A DNA stretch of 64,000 bases from Candidatus Latescibacterota bacterium (GCA_965207885.1 OZ242311.1:1408001-1472000), one strand, 5' to 3'. Numbered from the stretch's first letter, positions 48,299-57,676 are shown. Numbers and translations: made by a program. Notes: generated by a model not told the origin, from the sequence alone.

Positions 48299-49006
48299 CT
48301 ACGAAATATGAATATCCACACCATATAATTGTAATCCAAGCTTTTCTGCAACGCGTTGAGAGGCTTTATTGTCCCAGGAAGTACTATAAAGAGGAATACG
48401 ACCTTGTTCTCTAACCAGCCCAGCCCACCTTGCTACAACCTGTGCTGCATAACCCTTGCCCCGATGTGATAGTAAGGTATCTACTCCCGCTTCCTCTGCC
48501 TCCACTGATTTCCGCACACTCTGGCAAACCGATACCGCTTTGTCTCCCTCGACAATCGCCACAACAGGCTGGCAGTGATCCAATTCAGGAACCAGGTCGG
48601 AAAAACCAAATTCAAGGAGATATGCTGTATCCCGATCAATCTGCACGACCTCGGGGGAGACTCCAAGCGAGTCTGGAAATCGATAGGCGGGACCCATCCA
48701 TTGCCGATCCATTGTAATATGTGGTGTAAGCAGATCCTTCACTTTAGCCAGGTACGAGGGGCTTTCATATAAATTGTCAGACAGTGGTTGAGCCTGGATG
48801 ATCGTCTGGACTCGCTGACAGAGCGCTTCTGGTATGTCATAGCGAAAACGCACGATCGAACCGCAACGAGTTCGTCCAATGAAAACAACAGGGGCAGGAT
48901 GGTCCTCTGGTCGAAACGGTTCATTTATGAAACGGAGACGTTCATCATTATCATGAACAAAGAGCGTATCAACCTGAATTTTCATGAGTAATAAGTCAGA
49001 AATCAT
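48299..49006 (-). CDS. GNAT acetyltransferase
   Basis: AGVDT..HRGKGYA, YSTSWDNKASQRVAEKLG. Confidence 0.88.
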   Translation of the reverse strand: MISDLLLMKIQVDTLFVHDNDERLRFINEPFRPEDHPAPVVFIGRTRCGSIVRFRYDIPEALCQRVQTIIQAQPLSDNLYESPSYLAKVKDLLTPHITMDRQWMGPAYRFPDSLGVSPEVVQIDRDTAYLLEFGFSDLVPELDHCQPVVAIVEGDKAVSVCQSVRKSVEAEEAGVDTLLSHRGKGYAAQVVARWAGLVREQGRIPLYSTSWDNKASQRVAEKLGLQLYGVDIHIS

Positions 49007-49437
49007 AGATTTGAGTCACGCGATCGTATCAGAGTATCTACCCCGTATTTTCCTGAGCCGATAACCACGAACATCCCTGTAATAACCAGGTACAGAAATG
49101 CCATCTCCTTCGTGCTGAATGGATCCGCTGCGTGTTGTAAGAACCCGGCCACCAGCATGGTCGAGCATATCAAAAACGCCCCTGGTCGCGTGAGTAATCC
49201 CAGTGCCAACAATAGCCCGCCGCCAAACTCCGAAAAGGCTGCCATCCAGGCAAAAAACTCGGGCAAGGGAAACCCCAAATTTTCTATAACGGCCACAAAC
49301 CGCTCGGAAGGTGGGATCTTCCCCAATCCATGTCCCAATGCCATACTCAACCCTACAAACACCCTGAGAATCGCCAGCCCGACATTTGCCGGGATCGACT
49401 CAATAACCGCTCCGCCAAATACAAGTCGCTTAATCAT
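49003..49437 (-). CDS. DoxX-family membrane protein
   Basis: LRVFVG..HGLGK, EFGGGLLLALGLLTR, GSGKYGVD. Confidence 0.9.
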   Translation of the reverse strand: MIKRLVFGGAVIESIPANVGLAILRVFVGLSMALGHGLGKIPPSERFVAVIENLGFPLPEFFAWMAAFSEFGGGLLLALGLLTRPGAFLICSTMLVAGFLQHAADPFSTKEMAFLYLVITGMFVVIGSGKYGVDTLIRSRDSNL

Positions 49438-49475
49438 AAAACCACCTCCATATTAAGGTTTACAGATGTCGTCAT

Positions 49476-50219
49476 TTACTCAGATAGTTCAACAGCATCT
49501 CTGAAAATCGCTGCTGTGGTCGATATGACCTCATCCCAAAGCCTGCGTCCCAACTCGGCACTCGCTCGGGTCGCGTCGCCAATGACACCAGTATCTGAGT
49601 ATTTTGTGAAATCGAGATGCGGATCATCCCAATTCACTTCTCTTGAACTGGAAGAAGGGATACTTTCGAATCTAACCGTGTCCGGACGTTGATACAGGGC
49701 AATTGAAGTCGTAAAACTATCGGCGTGACCGCCAGGAACGCTGGGATCGGCTACACGGCACCAGATGTCGTGATATGGCAGGGGTGGAAGACAAGCCTTG
49801 CATCCCGGTTGGAATTTCGCGTTGAACCTGTCCACCGCCTCCTGCAGTCGATGCTCACCGCAGCCGCGCCAGACAACAATAGTGCCGAGACCCTGCTCTG
49901 CCAGCGATTCAAGGACAAAATAGACACACGCTTCATGAACAACGTGCGGGATGTTGACATATCCCGAGCCAAACCCCCGATGTTCGGGCGTGGGACCAAA
50001 TGGCATGGCTGGCAAAACCAGAGCACGTACATCGTGACAGCGTGCCGCATGCTTTGCAGCCTCCAACGCAACGGCTTCCGCAAACCATGTGTCGAAATCT
50101 ACTGACAAATGCGGACCCTGTTGCTCGGTACATCCTGTGGGTACAATCGCCAGGCATCCGGCATCAACCAGATCCTTGATTTCTAAGTACGTATAATCAG
50201 TAAATTTATGGGATTTCAT
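49476..50219 (-). CDS. Creatininase/MftE family protein
   Basis: PTGCTEQQGPHL..D, GGHAD, GVIGD. Confidence 0.85.
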   Translation of the reverse strand: MKSHKFTDYTYLEIKDLVDAGCLAIVPTGCTEQQGPHLSVDFDTWFAEAVALEAAKHAARCHDVRALVLPAMPFGPTPEHRGFGSGYVNIPHVVHEACVYFVLESLAEQGLGTIVVWRGCGEHRLQEAVDRFNAKFQPGCKACLPPLPYHDIWCRVADPSVPGGHADSFTTSIALYQRPDTVRFESIPSSSSREVNWDDPHLDFTKYSDTGVIGDATRASAELGRRLWDEVISTTAAIFRDAVELSE

Positions 50220-50664
50220 TTTGACTCTTCCACACATTAACCAAATCAATAGCAGAAGGACCTGTTTGCACCTTGTAATAGGTCCTCGTCTTGTCCGCGA
50301 AGTAATCCTTGATGCGTTCGACCTGCTTTGGGGACGTGTTGCTCGGGATACGATCTAAATGAAAATACTCAATCTGATCCGCCTCATCGGTGAGTTGAAT
50401 TGTGCCCCCTGTAACCTGGCAAAAAAATGACAACACGATCTCATTCTTATCTGTTTTACTGTACACCCCACTGAGATGGACGGGCACAGCTTTCAAACCC
50501 GTTTCTTCTTCTATCTCTCGCACCAGAGCAGCCCACGGACTCTCGCCTGCCTCAACGCCACCACCCGGTAAATTCCACAAATCGAAGTCGCGTCGGTGGC
50601 ACAACAAGACGCGGTCTTTGTCATCGGTAATAATCCCAAAAACTCCGATAGTGAACACGGTCAA
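50206..50664 (-). CDS. NUDIX hydrolase
   Basis: PGGGVEAGESPWAALVREIEEETGL Nudix box. Confidence 0.92.
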   Translation of the reverse strand: MTVFTIGVFGIITDDKDRVLLCHRRDFDLWNLPGGGVEAGESPWAALVREIEEETGLKAVPVHLSGVYSKTDKNEIVLSFFCQVTGGTIQLTDEADQIEYFHLDRIPSNTSPKQVERIKDYFADKTRTYYKVQTGPSAIDLVNVWKSQNEIP

Positions 50665-51209
50665 AACCCTCTTTTGATATATCGAACATATCCCAACTCT
50701 GCCTCGGAGATATCCAACCCGTCGAGTTCACCTATTGGGACAAATGTCGCGTCCTCCTCATAGTCATCATCGCACATCAAATCTGGCACATGTTTGGAAG
50801 CGCGGGCGGTATAAATAATTTGAAAAAAGTGAGGGAGATATGGGAACTGGAATCCAGGCGGCTTCGGCTTGAGATGTTCCAGATGGATGAACCCCAGGCG
50901 TGAGATAGATTCAACCGTCCAGCCTGTCTCTTCAATAACTTCACGGCGAAGTGTTTGTTCGAAAGTCTCTCCCTCCTCGCGACGACCGCCCGGCAAAATG
51001 TGATTGCCCTTACGGTTCCTGAGTACGAGAACAGAATCATTCTGGAAAACGAGACATCGAACAGAAGTTACAAACTGCTCTGATGGCTGTTCATCGGAAC
51101 AAAAATAACGCACGCGCAAAGGCATCGTCCCATTTGCCCACAGAGCCTCTGTCTCGTGAAAAGGAGTCTTACCCTTCAAAAACGTCTGTATATCTCCGTT
51201 ATGATTCAA
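50661..51209 (-). CDS. NUDIX hydrolase
   Basis: PGGRREEGETFEQTLRREVIEETGW. Confidence 0.9.
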   Translation of the reverse strand: MNHNGDIQTFLKGKTPFHETEALWANGTMPLRVRYFCSDEQPSEQFVTSVRCLVFQNDSVLVLRNRKGNHILPGGRREEGETFEQTLRREVIEETGWTVESISRLGFIHLEHLKPKPPGFQFPYLPHFFQIIYTARASKHVPDLMCDDDYEEDATFVPIGELDGLDISEAELGYVRYIKRGF

Positions 51210-51738
51210 TGCTGTCTATTCCTTTAAAATCGAGATATAAACGACTGGGTTGAATACCCGTATTATTTTGATACTTTCCACTTTTGTAGGTCTCGAAATC
51301 GCCATCCAGCGTATGATAGTAAATCTGGCAGATTTCCACATTTGGATAGATTCGGACGGGTCGAATACAGAACATTTCCAAAGTCCAGTAGCCCGCGAAG
51401 CCTACATCGCCAAAACCTGCGGTTATGTGTACAAACAACCCCAATCTACCCACTGATGACCGCCCCTCAAGCATGGGGACATAATTATCCGTTCTGGTAA
51501 ATTCTACTGTCCTGCCAAGATAGAGCGTTTGGGGTTGCATCTCGTACCCATCATCCGGAATCTGTATAGATCGCGTGCGATTTTTCTCTTTCATATCGAG
51601 AACACCATCCTCGTATATCATAAGTTCATTGGCAAGTGACAGGTTATAGCTATTGGGATTGAGCCTGGCAGGATCAAATGGCTCAATAATGATATCCTTT
51701 CCCATTCGCTCGTGAATCATTTTTCCCGATAAAATCAT
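51199..51738 (-). CDS. dcd: dCTP deaminase (trimeric dUTPase fold)
   Basis: MILS, NPNSYNL, EGRSSVGRLG, AGFGDVGF.G.WTLE, KYQ. Confidence 0.92.
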   Translation of the reverse strand: MILSGKMIHERMGKDIIIEPFDPARLNPNSYNLSLANELMIYEDGVLDMKEKNRTRSIQIPDDGYEMQPQTLYLGRTVEFTRTDNYVPMLEGRSSVGRLGLFVHITAGFGDVGFAGYWTLEMFCIRPVRIYPNVEICQIYYHTLDGDFETYKSGKYQNNTGIQPSRLYLDFKGIDSIES

Positions 51739-51752
51739 TACGCGCTCCCCGA

Positions 51753-52229
51753 CTATTCTACTTCTGGAAGATCCCTGTACATGATATGCATATAATCTGT
51801 AAATCCATGCTTTCTCCAAAATGAATATCCAACGGTATTCATAGAAGCCACTCGAAGTTCAACTCTGTCTATATCCTGAGACCGAAACCAATCCAACATC
51901 TCTTTTAGCATCAACTCTCCAATTCCCTTTCTCCTGTGTTCAGAAGAAACAGCCAAATCTTCAATAGTGCCACAGGTTTGCTTGATGAATACGGGAGGAT
52001 ATTTGTCAACTCTCGCTATTCCAAAGCCCAATGGCTTTGTATTCTCAACCGCCATAATCACAAGGGCATCCTCAGCTTCGATCAGTCTTTCCAGATTCTT
52101 ATCCATGCTCTCTTCTGCACCATCGGACAGAGTATATCTCGAATCAAACGGGACGTGAAAATCCATGAGTTCTTTCCAGATCTCGAGTATACCGGATATG
52201 TCAGATTTCAAAGCCCTAACAACTTCCAT
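51753..52229 (-). CDS. GNAT acetyltransferase
   Basis: LAVSSEHRRKGIG, N..G.SFWRKHGF. Confidence 0.9.
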   Translation of the reverse strand: MEVVRALKSDISGILEIWKELMDFHVPFDSRYTLSDGAEESMDKNLERLIEAEDALVIMAVENTKPLGFGIARVDKYPPVFIKQTCGTIEDLAVSSEHRRKGIGELMLKEMLDWFRSQDIDRVELRVASMNTVGYSFWRKHGFTDYMHIMYRDLPEVE

Positions 52230-52247
52230 TTCATCCTCTCCAATATA

Positions 52248-53060
52248 CTATCCGTCATTGACCACCTGACTATATATTTCCGTTTTTAAAACCTCCGAAA
52301 TTACAAAATCGAGAAAATCTATAGCCTCTTGTCTCGCGTCCAATTCAATACCGTATTGCCACGCCAGAGCATCCCCTACCAGATCACGCCATCTTTCTCC
52401 ATAATTCTCCTGCACCCATGACGCAGCCATCTTCTTTGAGCCAACAACGGAGCAAATTACAGTATGCAGTATTCGACACAGATTCAGAATGAAATACGCT
52501 TCGTGGTGGCTATCTCTAAACCACTCCGGAATAAATTTTTTCGGTGCCCATTCCTGAAACAAATCGCGCACGCAGGCTTTTCGCACATCCTCAACATCAA
52601 CCGGAGGCAACAGCTTCTTAAAACTCGGACCAAATAAAGCAATGGAATGACCATAAAGAAAATATTTGTTGATTATCCATTCATTTCCATAAGGTGCCTC
52701 CTCATAAAGGGTACAATCACCACCCCAATACCACGGTCTCGGCTCCGTTGGAGGCATAACACATGGGAGCATATCGACAGGCGTATAAGAACACTCTAAC
52801 CTCCGCGCCCATTTCTCAAATCTCCCTTCCATATCTCTGTGCAAACGCCCAATGGAATCGAGTTCACATCGAGAAACAGGTCGATGCACAATCACTATAA
52901 TATCAATATCACTGCTATGGTAGTTAAACGCCCCATGGGACAGCGAGCCAGTTAGATATATCCCGAGTACATTTTTTTCGAGAACGGGAATAACGCCTTT
53001 AACGAAAAAGTCTATAATCTCGTTCACATCTGAATATTTCGTAAGGTTGCCAGCAATCAT
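52248..53060 (-). CDS. AadA-like nucleotidyltransferase (DUF4111, aminoglycoside adenylyltransferase domain)
   Basis: YLTGS..G....SDIDI, RLECS, YFILNLCR..SKK.AA.W. Confidence 0.82.
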   Translation of the reverse strand: MIAGNLTKYSDVNEIIDFFVKGVIPVLEKNVLGIYLTGSLSHGAFNYHSSDIDIIVIVHRPVSRCELDSIGRLHRDMEGRFEKWARRLECSYTPVDMLPCVMPPTEPRPWYWGGDCTLYEEAPYGNEWIINKYFLYGHSIALFGPSFKKLLPPVDVEDVRKACVRDLFQEWAPKKFIPEWFRDSHHEAYFILNLCRILHTVICSVVGSKKMAASWVQENYGERWRDLVGDALAWQYGIELDARQEAIDFLDFVISEVLKTEIYSQVVNDG

Positions 53061-53082
53061 TGGATTGTCTTCGTCTATACTA

Positions 53083-53214
53083 TCACATCAACTTGCGTTT
53101 CATGAACACTGCAACTTCACCATCGACATCACTATTGGTATAATAGGACAAATCGACACCCTCGACTTCAAAACCGACGCTGCGATAGAAATCAATGGCT
53201 GGCACATTCGATAG
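53083..53214 (-). pseudogene. 3' remnant of a GNAT (streptothricin acetyltransferase-like) gene
   Basis: Reads SNVPAIDFYRSVGFEVEGVDLSYYTNSDVDGEVAVFMKRKLM* (GNAT motif B); no start codon; abuts the AAC(3) stop. Confidence 0.8.
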
Positions 53215-53216
53215 GT

Positions 53217-54041
53217 CTATTTCGATCTATTCTCTTCCAACCAATCAACTGCGAAATCCACAACATCGCGTTGTGGCATGAGATGACAACTCGCGAGACC
53301 AACCTTGCCCTGACGCACCACTTTCCCTGTATCTGACCGCAAAAAATCCTCACCTATGCGATCAAAATCCGAACTATCGATGTCAACATCTTCAAAGGTA
53401 GCCCAGGTCCTTAAACCCGACGCAGAGATCGGAGCGCCCTCCTGCACAATGCGTTTGGTAGAAAAATTCGCCCGATATTCTGCAAGGTGCATAGACGTAT
53501 TATTTCCGTGACCTACGCCAAGAAGCAGGACAAAACCGTGCAAATCGTAGATTCTCGCAAGCGGCGAATGCTCACCCATGCCAAAAGATAGTGAATGATC
53601 ATTTACGATATACGACGCTTGAGGCCCATACGCGCAAAATGAGTCCAGCGGATGTGAACTGCGGAGAACCCTTCTCTGCTTGCGAAATGTCTCCGCAATA
53701 ATCCCCATAGCACGAGTTGGTGTAAGCGCCGGATCGTAAGCCGGCATAGTCTCGCGTATCACCGGCCACCACGACTCGGGCACAGGAGGACTTTCCCACT
53801 TGCTCGGCTCGCTCAGACCGGATGAATGGGCGGGCATCACAAGCGTTCCCGTAGAACCCAGAACTTTCTGAAGCGCGGTGACAACCGCCACGGCTCCTCC
53901 GCACACCCATCCCATAGCACTCAAAGACGAATGCACCAACACGACCATCCCCGGCCTAACACCAAGCGCGCGAAGATCTGTCTGCAACGATTCAATCGTA
54001 GCAGGCATTTTTGTTTTTTCAACAACCTTGTCTTCACTCAT
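53217..54041 (-). CDS. AAC(3)/YokD-family N-acetyltransferase
   Basis: LVHSSLS..GWVCGG, LVMP, W..PPVP, RSSHP..SF, NTSMHLAE. Confidence 0.92.
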   Translation of the reverse strand: MSEDKVVEKTKMPATIESLQTDLRALGVRPGMVVLVHSSLSAMGWVCGGAVAVVTALQKVLGSTGTLVMPAHSSGLSEPSKWESPPVPESWWPVIRETMPAYDPALTPTRAMGIIAETFRKQRRVLRSSHPLDSFCAYGPQASYIVNDHSLSFGMGEHSPLARIYDLHGFVLLLGVGHGNNTSMHLAEYRANFSTKRIVQEGAPISASGLRTWATFEDVDIDSSDFDRIGEDFLRSDTGKVVRQGKVGLASCHLMPQRDVVDFAVDWLEENRSK

Positions 54042-54062
54042 TATTTTTTTCCACTGCACCAC

Positions 54063-54407
54063 CTATTTCGCAGCAATCACGACCATCTCTACAAGCGTAT
54101 CTCCCTCCAGCTTAACCTCCACACAGGCGCGCTGGGGCCAATTGTAGGGACCAATCCAGGCGTCCCAAACCTCGTTCAGGATGGGTTTCTTTGACATATC
54201 CGTGATATAAATCGTGACGGAAAGAAGACAAGACTTATCGGTTCCAGCCTCGGCGAGATTCGCATCCAACTGTTCGAGCACCTGCTGGGTCTGGCCCTTG
54301 AAATCTGCAGACACGTCCGGTGCGATGACAACCGTATAGACGATGCCATTGTGCTCAACGGACTTGCTGCGGCCAAATGCCTTTCCCGGGTACCGTTTGA
54401 TAGTCAT
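54063..54407 (-). CDS. RidA (YjgF/YoaB) family protein
   Basis: QTQQVL..LD..L..AG.DK, N.VWDAW, P.RACV, LVE. Confidence 0.9.
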   Translation of the reverse strand: MTIKRYPGKAFGRSKSVEHNGIVYTVVIAPDVSADFKGQTQQVLEQLDANLAEAGTDKSCLLSVTIYITDMSKKPILNEVWDAWIGPYNWPQRACVEVKLEGDTLVEMVVIAAK

Positions 54408-54610
54408 AAATACTCCAATAGATATTACAACATAAATTTTACTGATCTTGTGACAATTCTATCCACAAGATGGTTTCCGTGATGCACACGATAAGTTTTT
54501 TGGGAAGGACCAGGATGACTGGGATAATGGTCTGCGGATTGCCGAACCTGACCGAAAGATAAGAGAAAGGTTGAGTGGGCTGAGTAAGGAAAGGGTTGGG
54601 AATGGGTGTA

Positions 54611-54934
54611 TTACATCTCCTTGCGATCTGAATGCGTGCCCACTTTCCGAGCCGCAAATCTCATCATCTCATCTGAAAAATCGATAGCCACACACGTTGC
54701 TTTTGGATATTTCATCAGAACACAATTGAGAAATATACCCGTTCCACATCCCAAATCGAGCATTCGAAATTCCGTCTGGTCATCAAACGGAATAAAATCC
54801 ATAGCCAGACTGTGGTAAAATTCAAACATCTCAATCCGAACTGGTTGCAGGCGATCATAAGCCTCAGCACGGGTTGAGAATTGAACACTTTGAGATTTTT
54901 GGTTCTTTTGATTATTCATCATTTCGGCCATCAT
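54611..54934 (-). pseudogene. Truncated class I SAM methyltransferase (N-terminal half only)
   Basis: MLDLGCGTG and AIDFSDEM present; stops at about 107 aa, before the later motifs. Confidence 0.75.
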
Positions 54935-55691
54935 ACTTCCTTATTTTTAATTTTTTTAAATTTGATATGTACCCTTCTGCTTGATCACAAAACGCGAGAT
55001 ACTCTTCAGTTGAAATTGCTTCGGATTTGCGGATCTCTAACGCTCTATGAGCAAAATGATCTTTTCGATCTTTTAGATGATCAATAAGCCCTTCGTATGA
55101 TGGAGTGAATTTAAACCCATACGCTACTTCTGCCTCTACGAATGCCAGATGCAGCACCTGTTTGGCAAATGCTTGTGGGGAGAGCCTGAGCTTTCCATTC
55201 TTGCGACGGATGCTTTTAATACTGCGCTTGATGCCAATGAAATGGATGCTTGCTTCCTGTTTTGGTGGATAGGGCTTGATGGGAAAAGTAGTAAAATTGA
55301 ATTTTATGCCCCATAAATACATATAGAATGGTAATCGTTTTATCATTATGCGGATTGGAATCCAAGATGTTGCATTGCCCCTTTGATTGCCCCCTTGTAG
55401 TTCGGAAATGGTAATTCCTCTAAAACAAGATTTGATACCAAACCCAGGTTCAACAGACTCATCGAAATAGCTATTGAGATGGTCTTCTTCACAAAAATCA
55501 AACGTCTTAGCTACTATTCCAAGCAGATCTATATCGCTGGAAGGTAGTCGATCAGGAGTCAGAAAAGTACCCCCGAGATAAAGGGCAAGCAATCCTCTAT
55601 CGTGTAGCTTTGAAACAGTTTCTTCTGATACTCGATCGATAATAGCATGATGAAGATCATCTCTTTTGGAATTTGTTGACACTTGGGACAT
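54912..55691 (-). CDS. Pol-beta-superfamily nucleotidyltransferase-like protein
   Basis: YLGGT......SDIDL motif; AT-rich. Confidence 0.65.
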   Translation of the reverse strand: MSQVSTNSKRDDLHHAIIDRVSEETVSKLHDRGLLALYLGGTFLTPDRLPSSDIDLLGIVAKTFDFCEEDHLNSYFDESVEPGFGIKSCFRGITISELQGGNQRGNATSWIPIRIMIKRLPFYMYLWGIKFNFTTFPIKPYPPKQEASIHFIGIKRSIKSIRRKNGKLRLSPQAFAKQVLHLAFVEAEVAYGFKFTPSYEGLIDHLKDRKDHFAHRALEIRKSEAISTEEYLAFCDQAEGYISNLKKLKIRKYDGRNDE

Positions 55692-55747
55692 TTCTTCTCA
55701 ATGCAAGCAAAATTTAGTATGAATCTGACTGACGTAATCACCCAAAG

Positions 55748-56485
55748 TTACTTTGAAAACAGCAGACAGGCATCCACTCTGCTTACGAAACCTTGCGGCT
55801 GACGACTACACAAAATTTGCTGTGCTTTCATCTTAAATTCATCCGGGAGTTCATCCCAACTTTTCTTATTGAGAAAACCTATTAGATCTTTAGCTTCTCC
55901 AGTGAGACTCCCCTCACAAAAGAAATCCTTGATTGGTATTGGTAGAGTGTGTGTAAAGCACTCATGCTCAAATCCCTCTGAGGAGGCCCACTCTGAGAAA
56001 TTCTCTCCCGCAATCAGATCTTGGGTATATTGACTCAGTTCTTTCCGTAGCTCATCATCCCTGGATGAGACGGATATAAATAACTTCCCACCAGGTCTCA
56101 CCAGGTCTAACGCCTTCTGAAGCATGATGCGATCATTTCCTATCCGATACCAGGAATGAATAGAGATAACAAGATCATACTGATATTGAGATTCAAATGT
56201 TTGGAGAGTATCATAATGCCGTTCTATGATAAGGTGTTCGACATCATTCGCTTCAGTCTGGGCGTTAAAGATCCGGCTCGCGAATTCGGATAAATCTATA
56301 TAGCCCAACCTGATTCCTAATTCTTTGGCTAATTGGATCTCCAATTTTCCTTCGCCACTTCCTATTGAGAGCAGTGAAGACACGCCTCCCAATAATCCGT
56401 GGTCTTTGAATATCTGATAGAAAATCGCATCATTACGGATGAATTTTTCATATATCCTGTAATATATGGGCCAGAGTGACGACAT
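55748..56485 (-). CDS. Class I SAM-dependent methyltransferase
   Basis: LSIGSGEG, YDLVIS.HSWY, VRPGG.L. Confidence 0.85.
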   Translation of the reverse strand: MSSLWPIYYRIYEKFIRNDAIFYQIFKDHGLLGGVSSLLSIGSGEGKLEIQLAKELGIRLGYIDLSEFASRIFNAQTEANDVEHLIIERHYDTLQTFESQYQYDLVISIHSWYRIGNDRIMLQKALDLVRPGGKLFISVSSRDDELRKELSQYTQDLIAGENFSEWASSEGFEHECFTHTLPIPIKDFFCEGSLTGEAKDLIGFLNKKSWDELPDEFKMKAQQILCSRQPQGFVSRVDACLLFSK

Positions 56486-56509
56486 AGTTCTCCTATACTC
56501 GAACCATTT

Positions 56510-57661
56510 TTATCTCAACCCCCTGGGAGCCAACTCCCCGATAGAACTCTCCAACCCATCCTCCGTATCCTCCTGAACCCGTTTCACAGACTCTGGCAGC
56601 GGTGTGTCGAATTGGTAGCCCGGATCAATCTCCTGCTTCTGCCAGGTCTCATACATCTCTCGCCACGCGCCCAAAAGCGTGCGCGGCTCTGGCATATCAT
56701 CGGCGACCTCCCGGTATAACTTCTTGAGGTTATAGCACGGGACACCGGCATACATGTGATGCTCCAGATGCCAGTTCATCCGCCAATAGAGAAACTCTGC
56801 GAGTGGATTGAGCGTCATCGAACGCACGCATTTGCGAAAATCGGGGTCATTGTCGCGCAGACCGCAGTGCTGTGGCAAACCGACGAAATAGACCCCCCAA
56901 TTCCCAATAAACGGAAAAAAGGTGACGAGAAGCGGCAGCACCCATAAACCCGTAGCAATAGAAACAGCCACCACCGATCCGTGAAAGAGAAGCAGCAGAC
57001 GCGACCACCACACCGACTTGCGTTTCTCGTCCGGCTGGTCCGCGTGCAAAGCCTGTAACCATTCGCGACTTGGACTCTCCGTGGAACCGATGATACCAAG
57101 CGCCGACTTAATCGTCACAAAAATCGTCGAAATCACCCCGCCCTTGCCAAAGGTGCGTCCCGGTTGCGTAAAAATATTCACCGTAAACATCTGTAACAAA
57201 AAGGTCGGATCAACCGATGGCTTCAGCGGCAGCAATACCTCTCGATCCCCCTCCGGATGCAGCGTATAGCGGTGGTGATAGGTATGGCTGGTGGCATAGT
57301 CGAACGGGTCCCACCAGCTCAAGAAACTAAACAAATACTTGAAAACCTTATTTAGCCACTTTGTGCGAAACACAGTACCGTGACCAAGCTCATGCGGAGC
57401 CACGCCCGAAAAAAAACTCCCGACTGTCCCGTGGGCGAAAAGCGCCACTGCAAATCCGATCCAGTTCTGTTGCGACCAGAAGAAATAGGTCAAAGCACCC
57501 GTACCCAAAAATAATGCGAAGTGCCCCCCAGCCTGAAACCATCCCTGCAAATCGCTCCGTTTTGAAAGCGCGCGAAGTTTGGCGTGGTCAATAGGACATC
57601 TATACCACTCGACCCGAAGATCTTTTCGCACGTCAGCAAGTGGTTGATAATTCGCGTCCAT
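56510..57661 (-). CDS. Fatty acid desaturase family protein (MocD-like membrane oxygenase)
   Basis: His boxes HELGH, HTYHH, HLEHH. Confidence 0.88.
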   Translation of the reverse strand: MDANYQPLADVRKDLRVEWYRCPIDHAKLRALSKRSDLQGWFQAGGHFALFLGTGALTYFFWSQQNWIGFAVALFAHGTVGSFFSGVAPHELGHGTVFRTKWLNKVFKYLFSFLSWWDPFDYATSHTYHHRYTLHPEGDREVLLPLKPSVDPTFLLQMFTVNIFTQPGRTFGKGGVISTIFVTIKSALGIIGSTESPSREWLQALHADQPDEKRKSVWWSRLLLLFHGSVVAVSIATGLWVLPLLVTFFPFIGNWGVYFVGLPQHCGLRDNDPDFRKCVRSMTLNPLAEFLYWRMNWHLEHHMYAGVPCYNLKKLYREVADDMPEPRTLLGAWREMYETWQKQEIDPGYQFDTPLPESVKRVQEDTEDGLESSIGELAPRGLR

Positions 57662-57676
57662 ATCTTTCTCTTCAAA

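Noticed and set aside
38704-56485. Classical integron or CALIN
   Set aside because: No intI, and no RYYYAAC..GTTRRRY attC structures visible by eye; most gaps are under 40 nt or negative. A covariance-model search is still needed
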